From the NCBI GenBank assembly GCA_964448075.1, contig CAYUUR010000003.1, forward strand, positions 5,610-69,609: a stretch of 64,000 bases of DNA, given 5' to 3'. Below the pieces are notes generated by a model that had not been told where the DNA came from, made no database searches, and worked only from the letters and a program-made list of their open reading frames with translations. Source of the stretch: an uncultured Candidatus Saccharibacteria bacterium. GTDB taxonomy: Bacteria > Patescibacteriota > Saccharimonadia > Saccharimonadales > CAYUUR01. Below, in pieces: positions 9,223-18,762 of this stretch. Each line of letters starts with the position of its first letter. Position 1 is the stretch's first letter. The translations under genes were made by a program, and so were the position numbers.

Positions 9223-10182
9223 TTACAGTAGGTTACGATGACCGGCCAGGAATGCCTTGCCGGTCATTTCATTTTTGCCAGCTGGCTTGATACGATCGAT
9301 CCATAGCGTGCCAGAGCTCGTAGCAACACCGAACTCTTTTATTTCAGAAACAAGAGTGATGTCGCCAGGCTTCTGACCAGCACCGACAGTGGGTGTGGTG
9401 TGGGCTTTAGTAATAACAACGTCTTTGCCCGCAATGGTAGTGCGGCTTTTGGGCCATTCAATGAACGCGCGGATTTCCCGTTCTAATTGTACGGCGGGTT
9501 TGCTCCAGTCTAGAATACCGTCGTCTTTGGTGAGTTTGCGTGAATATGTTGCTCTGTCAGGGTGTGGCTGGCGTCGTGGGGTGATATTGCCAGAGATATA
9601 ACCCGGCAGGTAATCTCCTAGTAGCTTATCGCTAAGGCGGATGAGCTTCGTGGTTAGGCTAGGGGTGGTATCGTCAGGATTTATAGGCATTGATTTTTGA
9701 GCAATGAGCTTGCCTGTGTCGAGAGTGGGTTCTATGATCATAAGACTGACGCCAGTCTTCAGCTGACCTGATAGGATTGAGAATGATATCGGGTCGGCGC
9801 CACGCCACTCGGGCAATAGTGAAAAGTGACTATTTACGATGCCCAAAGGAAAGAAATCAATCACATCGTTGTTAATAATAATGCCGTAGTCAATTACAAC
9901 GCCAATCTGTGAATTCAGTGATACTGTTGTAAAAAGCTCACTGAGTTCTTGTTTATTAAGTGGTGTATAAAAAGGTAGGTTGCGTTCAATGCATAAATCC
10001 ACGACAGGTGTGTCGCCGCGGTGATGCGGCAAGCGCGGTTTTGTAATAACCGCCTCAATTTCAAACTTGTCGAGTAGCAGGCTAAGTGACTCTGCGGCCA
10101 CTGGGCCACTTCCAAAGAACACAAGCGAACTCGTGAGCGATTTAGCTCCAGAGGTCTTTATTGTTTTTGATGTCTTTTTCAT
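9223..10182 (-). CDS. fmt: Methionyl-tRNA formyltransferase
   Basis: LVFFGSGPVA N-terminus, formyltransferase core (NSHFSLLPEWRGADPI), C-terminal domain. ATG 10182 overlaps def by 41 nt; an alternative GTG at 10122 would remove the overlap. Confidence 0.85.
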   Translation of the reverse strand: MKKTSKTIKTSGAKSLTSSLVFFGSGPVAAESLSLLLDKFEIEAVITKPRLPHHRGDTPVVDLCIERNLPFYTPLNKQELSELFTTVSLNSQIGVVIDYGIIINNDVIDFFPLGIVNSHFSLLPEWRGADPISFSILSGQLKTGVSLMIIEPTLDTGKLIAQKSMPINPDDTTPSLTTKLIRLSDKLLGDYLPGYISGNITPRRQPHPDRATYSRKLTKDDGILDWSKPAVQLEREIRAFIEWPKSRTTIAGKDVVITKAHTTPTVGAGQKPGDITLVSEIKEFGVATSSGTLWIDRIKPAGKNEMTGKAFLAGHRNLL

Positions 10183-10723
10183 AGTCTAGCTTCTTAAGTT
10201 TTGCATCATCGGTAAGTTGATAGAAGGCACTTGGGTCATCTTTGATGCGATCCACAAACACTATACCATTGAGGTGATCGATCTCATGCTGCATCAAGCG
10301 TGCCGGGAAGCCAGATAGCTTCATGCGGAACTCTCGACCGCTGCTGTCCAGAGCCTTAATACGGACCTTTTCATAACGCGGAACGTTGCCGTAACAATCT
10401 TTTACGCTGAGGCAGCCCTCGTGATCTGATACTTCTTTGCCTTCAAACTTGGTTATCTCTGGGTTAATAAACTCAATGAAACGCTTGTCATCGTAGTCGT
10501 CGAAGTTGGCTCGTACAACAACCACACGGAGCGGTACGTCGATCTGGATTGCAGCCAGGCCAACGGTAATCTCGTGATTTCTTGAATCTTCCCAGTCAAT
10601 CGATGCTGCCGTCATATCCGCAATGAGTTCGCGAACTTCATCGGTGATAACGCCAACCTTTTTTGATTTTTGGCGTAAATGCGGGTTTGGTAGGGTGATG
10701 ATGTCTTCTTTTTTTGCGCTCAT
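10142..10723 (-). CDS. def: Peptide deformylase
   Basis: All three PDF motifs are present: GLAAIQI, EGCLS and HEIDHLNG. Confidence 0.95.
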   Translation of the reverse strand: MSAKKEDIITLPNPHLRQKSKKVGVITDEVRELIADMTAASIDWEDSRNHEITVGLAAIQIDVPLRVVVVRANFDDYDDKRFIEFINPEITKFEGKEVSDHEGCLSVKDCYGNVPRYEKVRIKALDSSGREFRMKLSGFPARLMQHEIDHLNGIVFVDRIKDDPSAFYQLTDDAKLKKLDYEKDIKNNKDLWS

Positions 10724-10760
10724 TGGGCACTATTATAACAGAGAATATAACAGTGATAGG

Positions 10761-12707
10761 TCAGAGGAGTGAGGTAGGGTCGAGGTCATACGTCCAGCCA
10801 CTCGGCAGGTCGGTAACGATATCGGTGAGAATCCGTCTTTGTTTACTCTTCACGGTGAGCTGCCAGAAGTACTTACCATTTTGCTTTTCTCTAAAGGCGG
10901 GGCTAGGTCCGCTAATAGAGACAGAGTAACCAGCCCGCTGTATGTCAGCGGCGAGCTTGAGGGCCGCGGATTCTGCGGAAGTGCTCTGAGCGCGGCCGCA
11001 TGTGAGCTGTAACAGATGGACAAAAGGGGGGAAGAGGAACTTTGAACGTTCATCCAACTGTTGTTGATAGAATTCTGGCCAGTCGTGATGGATAGCGGCT
11101 TGAATGCTTGGGCTGTCGGGTTGGTATGACTGAATTACGACCTTGCCGGCGACATGACCACGCCCGACTCGACCGATAACCTGTGTCAGTAGTTGGTAGG
11201 TTCGTTCCTCGGCGCTAAAATCCGGTAGGTATAACGAAGTATCCGCAATCACTACGCCGACAACTGCGAGCTTTGGCAAATCGAGCCCTTTGGCAATCAT
11301 CTGCGTACCGATGATGACGTCGACTTCTCCGGCGTGTATGTCAGTGAAGTGGCTCTCGAGTCTGTCCTCGGTGAGATTGTCGGTATCAAAGCGCTTAACA
11401 CGAGCATGTGGGAAGAGCTTCTTTATATCAGCTTCGATAGACTTTGTGCCGATACTTCGGAAGATGATATCGGCACCCCGGCAAGAAGGACAGCTTGAAG
11501 GTGTTTGCTCGTGGTAACCACATGTATGACAAAGCATACGGTGAGTGTCTCCGTGGTAGGTCAACGGTAGGTCGCAATGCGGGCACAGGGCGTTCCATCC
11601 GCAGGTCTGACAAAGAATGAGCCGTGCAGTGCCTCGCCGGTTTAGAAAGACTAATGATTGCTGCTTCTGTGCCAAAGCTGCTTCAATTGCCTGAATAAGT
11701 TGCTGAGAAAGGTAACTGCTTTTGGTGAATGAATCACGATCCTTGAGATTAACAAGCTCTATGGCACGGTCGATTGTTTTGCCTCCTGGCAGTTCGTCAA
11801 GGCGGATAATTGGTGTTTTGGTCTGTTCGGCCATCCAGTATTCGCTTATAGGTAATGTTGCTGAACCGATTATGAGCCGTGCATGGTGTTGGCGCGCGAG
11901 TGTGGCTGCTACGCGTAGCGCATGATAACGTGGCGCTTGTTCCTGTTTGTAGGCTTGCTCATGAGCTTCATCAACGATGATGACGCCCAAGTCGGCAATG
12001 GGCGCAAAAAGCGCAGAACGAGGGCCGATGATGATCTGAGGATGCTCAGCGTAGAGTACGCGCAACCATTGCTTCCGTCTCTGGGCCGGGGTCTGATGAG
12101 AGTGCATAACGATTACTTCTTCTGAGAAGTGACCTTCAAAACGCTCTACCAGCTGTGCGGTCAGGCCAATTTCTGGCGTGAGTATTAACGCTGAACGATT
12201 GTTGTTCAGGCAATCTTGCACGAGCTCAATATAGAGGCGGGTTTTGCCTGTGCCGGTGTCGCCATGAATGAGGACTGTTGAAGATTGTGTTGTGCTGATA
12301 GTTTGGAAGGCGGCTTGCTGTTGTGGACTTAACTCTGGAGTCTTATCGCTGGTTGCGTGCTTGGTAGGTGAAGCTTGCGTTGGTATATCAGCGGGTTTTG
12401 CCCGCAGCAAGCCGCTTGGCAACGCTTGCTGAGCGATGAGTCCGAGTGGTGATGGGTAGTATGATTGCATCCACTGCAGTGTTTCAAGGAGTTGTTGTGG
12501 CAAAGGCTTTTGCGTGAGCTGCAGCGTAATTGGTTTTGTGGCGTAGGGCGGTTTACTAACTTTATTTATGATAATAGCCAGCTGGCTTTTTGCGCGTAGC
12601 GGTACCGCGACGACGATACCTTTGGAAAGCGTTAAATCACTCTGGTAGGTGAGCATTTCGGTACCGTGGTATTGCGGTGAACTCACAAGCGTCTCGTAAT
12701 AGAACAT
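10761..12707 (-). CDS. priA: Primosomal protein N' (PriA helicase)
   Basis: Walker A GDTGTGKT, DEAH box, Cys-rich zinc module CQTCGWNALCPHCDLPLTYH...CHTCGY...CPSC, helicase C domain. Confidence 0.9.
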   Translation of the reverse strand: MFYYETLVSSPQYHGTEMLTYQSDLTLSKGIVVAVPLRAKSQLAIIINKVSKPPYATKPITLQLTQKPLPQQLLETLQWMQSYYPSPLGLIAQQALPSGLLRAKPADIPTQASPTKHATSDKTPELSPQQQAAFQTISTTQSSTVLIHGDTGTGKTRLYIELVQDCLNNNRSALILTPEIGLTAQLVERFEGHFSEEVIVMHSHQTPAQRRKQWLRVLYAEHPQIIIGPRSALFAPIADLGVIIVDEAHEQAYKQEQAPRYHALRVAATLARQHHARLIIGSATLPISEYWMAEQTKTPIIRLDELPGGKTIDRAIELVNLKDRDSFTKSSYLSQQLIQAIEAALAQKQQSLVFLNRRGTARLILCQTCGWNALCPHCDLPLTYHGDTHRMLCHTCGYHEQTPSSCPSCRGADIIFRSIGTKSIEADIKKLFPHARVKRFDTDNLTEDRLESHFTDIHAGEVDVIIGTQMIAKGLDLPKLAVVGVVIADTSLYLPDFSAEERTYQLLTQVIGRVGRGHVAGKVVIQSYQPDSPSIQAAIHHDWPEFYQQQLDERSKFLFPPFVHLLQLTCGRAQSTSAESAALKLAADIQRAGYSVSISGPSPAFREKQNGKYFWQLTVKSKQRRILTDIVTDLPSGWTYDLDPTSLL

Positions 12708-12855
12708 GCTACTAGTATAAGGTGTTTTTCAGCAAATTGCCGTTGGAAGTGTTGAAATCCAATCCGGGAACGTCTATACTTCATTTACGTTGTTTGAATA
12801 ACAATAGAGCTTATGTTCACAAGATCGAGGGTGCGGAGGGGAGAACCAAAGAATC

Positions 12856-13143
12856 ATGCTAGATGTTTTTATTACTTCACGAGTCAGGCGCAAAATTATT
12901 GTCGTGTATGCAAAGTACCCGGACTTTAAGACGCACGTTCGTGGGCTTGCTAAGCTGATTAAAGAGGACGCCGGTAATATTCAGCGTGAGCTTAAGCGTC
13001 TCGAGAAAATCGGCTTCCTTATATCTGAGAAACAGGGAAATACCAAGATATACCACACCAATAAGCACTTCCCGATCTTTAAGGAACTACAGAGTATCGT
13101 CCTTAAATCACAAAGGCATAACCAGAAACGACCAGGAATCTAG
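12856..13143 (+). CDS. Small winged-helix transcriptional regulator
   Basis: 95 aa. Segment HVRGLAKLIKEDAGNIQRELKRLEKIGFLISEKQGNTKIY has an HTH-plus-wing pattern. GGAGGGGAG SD lies upstream. Confidence 0.5.
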   Translation: MLDVFITSRVRRKIIVVYAKYPDFKTHVRGLAKLIKEDAGNIQRELKRLEKIGFLISEKQGNTKIYHTNKHFPIFKELQSIVLKSQRHNQKRPGI

Positions 13144-13150
13144 ACAATAG

Positions 13151-13179
13151 TTGCAAAAGCGCCTCTGTTGATATATAAT
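13151..13179 (+). promoter_or_regulatory. Sigma70-type promoter 7 nt from the rpsU start codon (leaderless candidate)
   Basis: TTGCAA (13151-13156), 17-nt spacer, TATAAT (13174-13179), ATG at 13187. There is no SD in between. Confidence 0.55.
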
Positions 13180-13186
13180 TACCGCA

Positions 13187-13402
13187 ATGATACAAGTTAC
13201 ACGAAAAGACGGCAAAGAATCCACTGAAAACATGCTTCGACGCTTTAACCGTAAGGTGCAGCAGTCTGGTGTTATCAGTGCAGCAAAGGCAAACCAGTTC
13301 TTTGAGAAACAGATGAGCAAGCGTGATCGACGTGAGAAGGCAATCATCCGTAAAGCACGCAAGGCTGAGAAGATGAAAAAGATCAAGCTCGGCATTCGCT
13401 AA
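13187..13402 (+). CDS. rpsU: 30S ribosomal protein S21
   Basis: 71 aa and basic. MIQVTRKDGKESTENMLRRFNRKVQQSG... is the typical S21 N-terminus. Confidence 0.85.
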   Translation: MIQVTRKDGKESTENMLRRFNRKVQQSGVISAAKANQFFEKQMSKRDRREKAIIRKARKAEKMKKIKLGIR

Positions 13403-13423
13403 CACACAGAGCTGGCTACCTTT

Positions 13424-13452
13424 AAACAACCGACATTAATCGGTTGTTTTTT
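13424..13452 (+). terminator. Rho-independent terminator
   Basis: aaacaaccg (13424-13432) pairs with cggttgttt (13441-13449), followed by a T-run. Confidence 0.75.
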
Positions 13453-13508
13453 ATTGCGCTCGGCTAAAGTTATGTTCAAACTCTAGGGGCTCTGCTACAC
13501 TGGTAGTG

Positions 13509-13958
13509 ATGATAAAACAACAGATAGAAGACGACTTAAAAGTTGCTATGTTAGCAGGAGACAAAACTCTCGTACAGACATTACGGGGACTCAAGAGTGC
13601 GCTTTTGTACGTCGAGGTTGCAGAGGGCAAGCGTGAACAGGGTCTGACAGACGATGAAGCCATAAAAGTTCTAAGCAAGGAAGCAAAGAAGCGAACAGAG
13701 AGCGCCGACATGTACGCCCAAGGCGGTGATGAAGCAAGGCAGCAGGCAGAACTTTCGGAGAAGCAAATTATTGAACGTTATTTGCCCAAGCAGCTGAGCG
13801 AGTCGGAGATTGCCTCAATTGTCGCGGAAGAGCACGAAAAGCTCGGCGTGAGCGGGCCGCAAGCCATGGGTCAGTTAATTGGTGCAGTTAAGGCGCGGAC
13901 TGCAGGCAGCGCCGACGGGGCAACCATTGCCCGCTTGGTCAAGGAGCGTTTGACATGA
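13509..13958 (+). CDS. GatB/YqeY domain protein
   Basis: MIKQQIEDDLKVAMLAGDKTLVQTLRGLKSAL... is the typical YqeY N-terminus. A GTG at 13506 is also possible. Confidence 0.75.
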   Translation: MIKQQIEDDLKVAMLAGDKTLVQTLRGLKSALLYVEVAEGKREQGLTDDEAIKVLSKEAKKRTESADMYAQGGDEARQQAELSEKQIIERYLPKQLSESEIASIVAEEHEKLGVSGPQAMGQLIGAVKARTAGSADGATIARLVKERLT

Positions 13959-14506
13959 TTATCTTTATGGGGGTCGCTGGCTCTGGTAAGAGTATGCAGG
14001 GTAAATTATTGGCCGATACGCTCGGTTTGCCGTGGCTGTCTACGGGTGAGTTTCTCCGTATGCTAATCTCGGGCGAAAAACGCAAGAATATGTTGAGTGG
14101 CAAGTTGCTTGAAGACCAAGAAATCATCGCACTTGTACAAAAGATATTTACGATTATTGATGTTGACGAGGAGTTTGTTCTGGATGGCTTTCCTCGAACT
14201 GTTGCACAGGCTGACTGGCTCCTGGGGCAAGTAAAACACGGCCAACTGGCGGTGAGCGCAGTAATACATCTCGTTGCCAGCCAAGAGGAAGTTATGCGTC
14301 GTCTCCATGCTCGAGGTCGACAAGACGATAATAAAGAGGCGATTACCGAACGGTTCCGTGAGTACGAAGAAGCGGCCCGGCCAATCCTAGAACATTTTAA
14401 GGATGCCGGCGTGGCTGTATTTGATGTTGATGGCGAGCAAAGCATTGAATCTGTGCAAGCATCGATATTGTCAGTAATAAGCGACGTTAAGCATGACACG
14501 CATTAA
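13955..14506 (+). CDS. adk: Adenylate kinase (short-lid type)
   Basis: P-loop GVAGSGKS, LDGFPRTVAQA, RGRQDDN. There is a 4-nt overlap with the upstream gene. Confidence 0.8.
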   Translation: MIIFMGVAGSGKSMQGKLLADTLGLPWLSTGEFLRMLISGEKRKNMLSGKLLEDQEIIALVQKIFTIIDVDEEFVLDGFPRTVAQADWLLGQVKHGQLAVSAVIHLVASQEEVMRRLHARGRQDDNKEAITERFREYEEAARPILEHFKDAGVAVFDVDGEQSIESVQASILSVISDVKHDTH

Positions 14507-15236
14507 AACACCCTCAGAAATAGAGGCTATGCGAGAAAGTGGTCGCATGCTTGCAATAGTGTTGCGTTTGTTACAGCAAAAAACTGAAATTGGGCTAACA
14601 CCAAAACAAATGTCAGCAATTGCTGCCGAGGAGTTGGCGAGATTGGGCGGTGAGCCTGCTTTTAAGGGGTATCACGGCTATCCTGATATCATATGCATCT
14701 CCGTAAATGATCAGGTGCAGCACAGTATCCCTGACAACAGACCATTTGAAAATGGGGACGTTGTTAATTATGACTTTGGAGTGCGTTACAAAGGGATGAT
14801 AACAGACGCTGGTGTGACTATTGGCGTTGGTAAGATCGGTGATGCGGAAAAACGTTTACTGAGCGGTACGGAGCAGGCGCTTGCTGCTGGAATTGCTGAA
14901 GTAAAGGCTGGTTGTCGGGTCGGCGATATCTCCAATGCTATTGAGACGGTGTTAAAACAACATCGTTTGGGTATTGTTCGTGAGCTTGTTGGTCATGGTG
15001 TTGGTCATGAGCTGCATGAAGATCCAAACATTCCCAACTACGGGCGATCAGGCAAAGGGCCAGTTCTCAAGGCCGGCATGACGATTGCTGTTGAGCCAAT
15101 TACAACGCTAGGTAGAGAAGATATTGTTGGGGACCCGAATGGCTGGACACTTTGGACGGTTGACGGAAGTAAATCGGCACAATTTGAACACACAATTTTG
15201 GTAACAGAAACAGGGGCAGAGATACTCACTGTCTGA
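14493..15236 (+). CDS. map: Type I methionine aminopeptidase
   Basis: Pita-bread fold metal ligands in context (DFGVRYKGMITDAG, GHGVGHELHE, VEP, EHT). Confidence 0.9.
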   Translation: MTRIKTPSEIEAMRESGRMLAIVLRLLQQKTEIGLTPKQMSAIAAEELARLGGEPAFKGYHGYPDIICISVNDQVQHSIPDNRPFENGDVVNYDFGVRYKGMITDAGVTIGVGKIGDAEKRLLSGTEQALAAGIAEVKAGCRVGDISNAIETVLKQHRLGIVRELVGHGVGHELHEDPNIPNYGRSGKGPVLKAGMTIAVEPITTLGREDIVGDPNGWTLWTVDGSKSAQFEHTILVTETGAEILTV

Positions 15237-15291
15237 TTAAGGATTAGCAAGATGCTTGCTGGATGGTGAGTATAAGCGTTATACTTTTCTC

Positions 15292-16518
15292 ATGCGTGAA
15301 TCTTCACCTAGTCATTTTATAGGGCTGGACATTGGCTCGAGCGCTGTTCGATGCGTTGTTGGTATGCTCGATGAATCTGAGAATAAGCTAGCCATTATTG
15401 GCCATGGAACATCTCAGAATATCGGCATGCGAAAAGGCGTGATCGTGCACGTTGATGAAGTTGTTGAAGCTGTAGTTCAAGCGGTTACTGAGGCTGAGCG
15501 TGTATCGGGAGTGTCAATTCAATCAGCGACAGTCAATATCAATGGCGCTCACGTCAGCGGTATGAATTCTAGGGGTGTTATTGCCATCAGTGCCGGCAAT
15601 CGTGAGATTACGCCCGAAGACAGAATGCGCGTCGAAGAAGCAGCAACAATCGTAAAGCTACCGCCAAACAGAGAGATCATTCAGGTTTTTGCCAAGAACT
15701 ATCGTCTCGATGGTCAAGATAATATTAAAGATCCTCTTGGTATGCATGGCGTCAGATTAGAAGTAGATACTCATATCGTAACGGCAGCAACGCCAAACAT
15801 GCGCAGTATGGATATGGTACTCGAAAAAGCACGTATTCATGCCTCTCACTACACCGTTTCAAGTCTGGCTGCCGCTGAGGCAGTTTTGCAACGACAACAG
15901 AAAGAGTCCGGCACAGTACTGCTCGACATCGGTGCGGGTACAACGAATTTAGTGGTTATTGAAGACGGCGAAGTTCAGCATGTAGCTGTGTTACCAATAG
16001 GCGGCATACATATTACGAACGATTTGGCGATTGGTCTTAAAACTGATTTAGACATTGCGGAACAAGTAAAGATCCAGCACGCGAACCTCGAGAAACCAAA
16101 AAAAGGGCGTGTGAGTATCCGTGCAAACAAGCGTGAGCACTACTTTGACGCCGATGATGTGCATATGATTGTCGAAGCAAGACTCGAAGAATTGTTTGAG
16201 TACGTTGATAAAGAGTTAAAGCGAGTGCATCGTTCTCAAAAGTTACCAGGTGGTGTAGTGCTCGTTGGCGGGACGGCAAAAGTGCCGGGTATTGCCGATC
16301 TCGCTAAAGAAAAGCTTCAGCTTGCATCGCGCGTGGGAAATCTCCAGGGCCTACTTGGTCTTGCCGATACGGTGCAGGATCCATCGTTTGCTTCTGCAGT
16401 TGGCTTGATGATGCTTGACATGTTGTTGCTGCCAGGTGGCGAACAGCAGTTTGCCGGTCAGCCAAATACGACCGTATTTGGCTTTATAGACGGTATTGTT
16501 AAGAAGTTCAAAAAGTAG
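15292..16518 (+). CDS. ftsA: Cell division protein FtsA
   Basis: Actin-fold FIGLDIGSSAVRCVVG, DIGAGTTNLVV, VLVGGTAKVPG. ATG 15292 is preferred over the TTG at 15256. Confidence 0.9.
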   Translation: MRESSPSHFIGLDIGSSAVRCVVGMLDESENKLAIIGHGTSQNIGMRKGVIVHVDEVVEAVVQAVTEAERVSGVSIQSATVNINGAHVSGMNSRGVIAISAGNREITPEDRMRVEEAATIVKLPPNREIIQVFAKNYRLDGQDNIKDPLGMHGVRLEVDTHIVTAATPNMRSMDMVLEKARIHASHYTVSSLAAAEAVLQRQQKESGTVLLDIGAGTTNLVVIEDGEVQHVAVLPIGGIHITNDLAIGLKTDLDIAEQVKIQHANLEKPKKGRVSIRANKREHYFDADDVHMIVEARLEELFEYVDKELKRVHRSQKLPGGVVLVGGTAKVPGIADLAKEKLQLASRVGNLQGLLGLADTVQDPSFASAVGLMMLDMLLLPGGEQQFAGQPNTTVFGFIDGIVKKFKK

Positions 16519-16672
16519 CGAGTACAAAAACTGATTACTAGACAAAATGGTGGTGAGTTTTTGTGTACGATGACGTAACGCGTCTCAAATGAGTAAATAA
16601 ACAAAACTTTGATTGAACTCTTTTTTTGCATGAGGTATACTTTTGCTTGTAATACGGAAGAGGGAACCAATA

Positions 16673-17992
16673 ATGCCACAAGTTAATCCAGCAGTTGAAA
16701 CGTTTGCTCGTATAAAAGTAGTGGGCGTGGGCGGTGCCGGCGGTGCAGCAGTTAATCGAATGATTGAAGCTGGAGTTGAAGGCGTAGAATTTATTGTAGT
16801 TAATACTGATGCACAAGCATTGCACCACTCTAAAGCGCAGAAAAAAATACACATTGGCAAAGACACAACGCGCGGACTCGGTGCCGGCGCTGATCCTAAT
16901 GTGGGCCAGAATGCCGCGCAAGAATCGCGTGACGAGATTAAGCAAGCTCTAGAAAACGCCGACATGGTGTTTGTAACAATTGGTGCTGGTGGCGGTACCG
17001 GAAGCGGTGCGGGTCATGTGGTTGCTAAGGTTGCCAAAGAGATGGATGCGTTGGTTGTTGGCTTTGCGACCAAGCCGTTCGCTTTTGAAGGTGAGAAGCG
17101 TCGCAGAAACGCTGAAACGGCCATAGCAAACCTACGTGAGTCTGTAGATACACTTATAACTATTCCAAATGACCGTTTATTACAGACTATTGACCGTAAC
17201 ACGCCTCTACTTGAAGCATTCAAGGTAGCAGATGATGTATTGCGCCAGGGCGTCCAAGGCATCTCTGATCTAATCACGGTGCATGGTCTGATAAACCTTG
17301 ACTTTGCTGATGTCAAAACAGTTATGAGCAATGCGGGTTCAGCCTTGATGGGCATCGGTCGTGCCAGTGGTGATGATCGTGCTGTACAAGCTGCTCAGCA
17401 GGCAATTGAATCGCCACTACTTGAAGTATCGATTGACGGTGCGCGCGGTATTCTGTTCAACGTCATCGGTGGCAACGACATGTCTATGCACGAGATTAAT
17501 GCAGCGGCTGAAACAATCACCGCAGCAGCTGACCCCGACGCGAACATTATATTCGGTGCAACTATTAGCCCAGATCTAGAAGGTGAAGTTATCATTACTG
17601 TGGTGGCCACCGGCTTTGACGCGGCATACTATACGCAAAAACCGCTTACACCGGTACAGTCCGCTGATGAGTCAACAGACAGCGACAACACGTCTCGTGA
17701 CACTAATGAAGAACACCAAGAGGACGAAAAGCAGCTATCAACGCTAGATCTTAACATCGATACTCCAACCTCTACCATTATGGGATCAGAAGAATTCAAT
17801 GCCGAACACCCCGTACCAAATATCTGGACTATCGAACCAGACAACAAAGATAATCACGACGAGCAAGATAGTCAGGCGGCCGACGACCATAAGTCAGAAG
17901 ACGGCATGGATAGCGAGCTAGAAAAGCCATCTTTCTTGCGACGACTTAAGAAACTTCGTGATAACTCTGACAAAACAGATAAAAAAGACTAG
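16673..17992 (+). CDS. ftsZ: Cell division protein FtsZ with long acidic C-terminal extension
   Basis: [13 protein letters not shown] and tubulin signature [12 protein letters not shown] 16673 is preferred over the TTG at 16643. The last ~110 aa are D/E/S/T-rich and end in a basic patch. Confidence 0.95.
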   Translation: MPQVNPAVETFARIKVVGVGGAGGAAVNRMIEAGVEGVEFIVVNTDAQALHHSKAQKKIHIGKDTTRGLGAGADPNVGQNAAQESRDEIKQALENADMVFVTIGAGGGTGSGAGHVVAKVAKEMDALVVGFATKPFAFEGEKRRRNAETAIANLRESVDTLITIPNDRLLQTIDRNTPLLEAFKVADDVLRQGVQGISDLITVHGLINLDFADVKTVMSNAGSALMGIGRASGDDRAVQAAQQAIESPLLEVSIDGARGILFNVIGGNDMSMHEINAAAETITAAADPDANIIFGATISPDLEGEVIITVVATGFDAAYYTQKPLTPVQSADESTDSDNTSRDTNEEHQEDEKQLSTLDLNIDTPTSTIMGSEEFNAEHPVPNIWTIEPDNKDNHDEQDSQAADDHKSEDGMDSELEKPSFLRRLKKLRDNSDKTDKKD

Positions 17993-18023
17993 TTTTGTAC
18001 TAAATAATACACCATAATTATAC

Positions 18024-18052
18024 TTGCAAAGCGCTATAGATAGAGCTATGAT
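18024..18052 (+). promoter_or_regulatory. Sigma70-type promoter for nrdR-nrdJ with an AGCGCT palindrome in the spacer
   Basis: TTGCAA (18024-18029), 17-nt spacer, TATGAT (18047-18052). The motif aagcgctata is repeated at 18029 and 18062. Confidence 0.5.
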
Positions 18053-18224
18053 TCTAACTACAAGCGCTATATGTGGGGACATACGAGCGCTCGCACGTTC
18101 AAACAAACATACGAGCAAAAAAGAGGGTACAAACATAGCGTAGGAAAAGTCTTCAGTCTTTGGCTGGGGTGTCTATGAAGGCCTCTGAATTTGTCAGTAA
18201 CAATAATAGGAGGTGTCACAAGAC

Positions 18225-18695
18225 ATGAAATGCAGCCAATGTCAGCATCTCGACACAAAAGTTATTGAATCTCGCGATGTCGCGGAAGGTCAAGCCATCC
18301 GTCGACGACGAGAATGCATTAACTGTGATTATCGTTTTACGACCTACGAGCGGATGGAACGACCTCAGCTCATCGTAGTCAAAAACAACGGTAATCGTGA
18401 ACTGTTTAACAGAAGTAAACTGTTAGCGGGATTGTATCGAGCGTGCGAGAAAACACCTATTACGAATATTCAGCTTGAACAGTTGGTATCAGATGTCGAG
18501 CAGCAGCTATACGAATGCGGCGAACCAGAAGTATCATCGGGCAAAGTTGGACAACTCGTAATGGAACAGCTAGCAGCGCTCAATGAAGTAGCATATGTCC
18601 GTTTTGCAAGCGTCTATCGCCGGTTTAAAGATATTGCCGGGTTCGAACAAGAGCTTTCGCAGATCCGCCATATGAAGGCTGTAAAACTCAAATAA
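18225..18695 (+). CDS. nrdR: Transcriptional repressor NrdR
   Basis: MKCSQCQHLDTKVIESR...CINCDYRFTTYE zinc ribbon followed by an ATP-cone. TAGGAGG SD lies before ATG 18225. Confidence 0.9.
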   Translation: MKCSQCQHLDTKVIESRDVAEGQAIRRRRECINCDYRFTTYERMERPQLIVVKNNGNRELFNRSKLLAGLYRACEKTPITNIQLEQLVSDVEQQLYECGEPEVSSGKVGQLVMEQLAALNEVAYVRFASVYRRFKDIAGFEQELSQIRHMKAVKLK

Positions 18696-18762
18696 AAACA
18701 CTAATAACGAGAGACATTATTAAATAAAAGCCATCGGTGCGTGGCAAAAAAGTGAGGGTACA

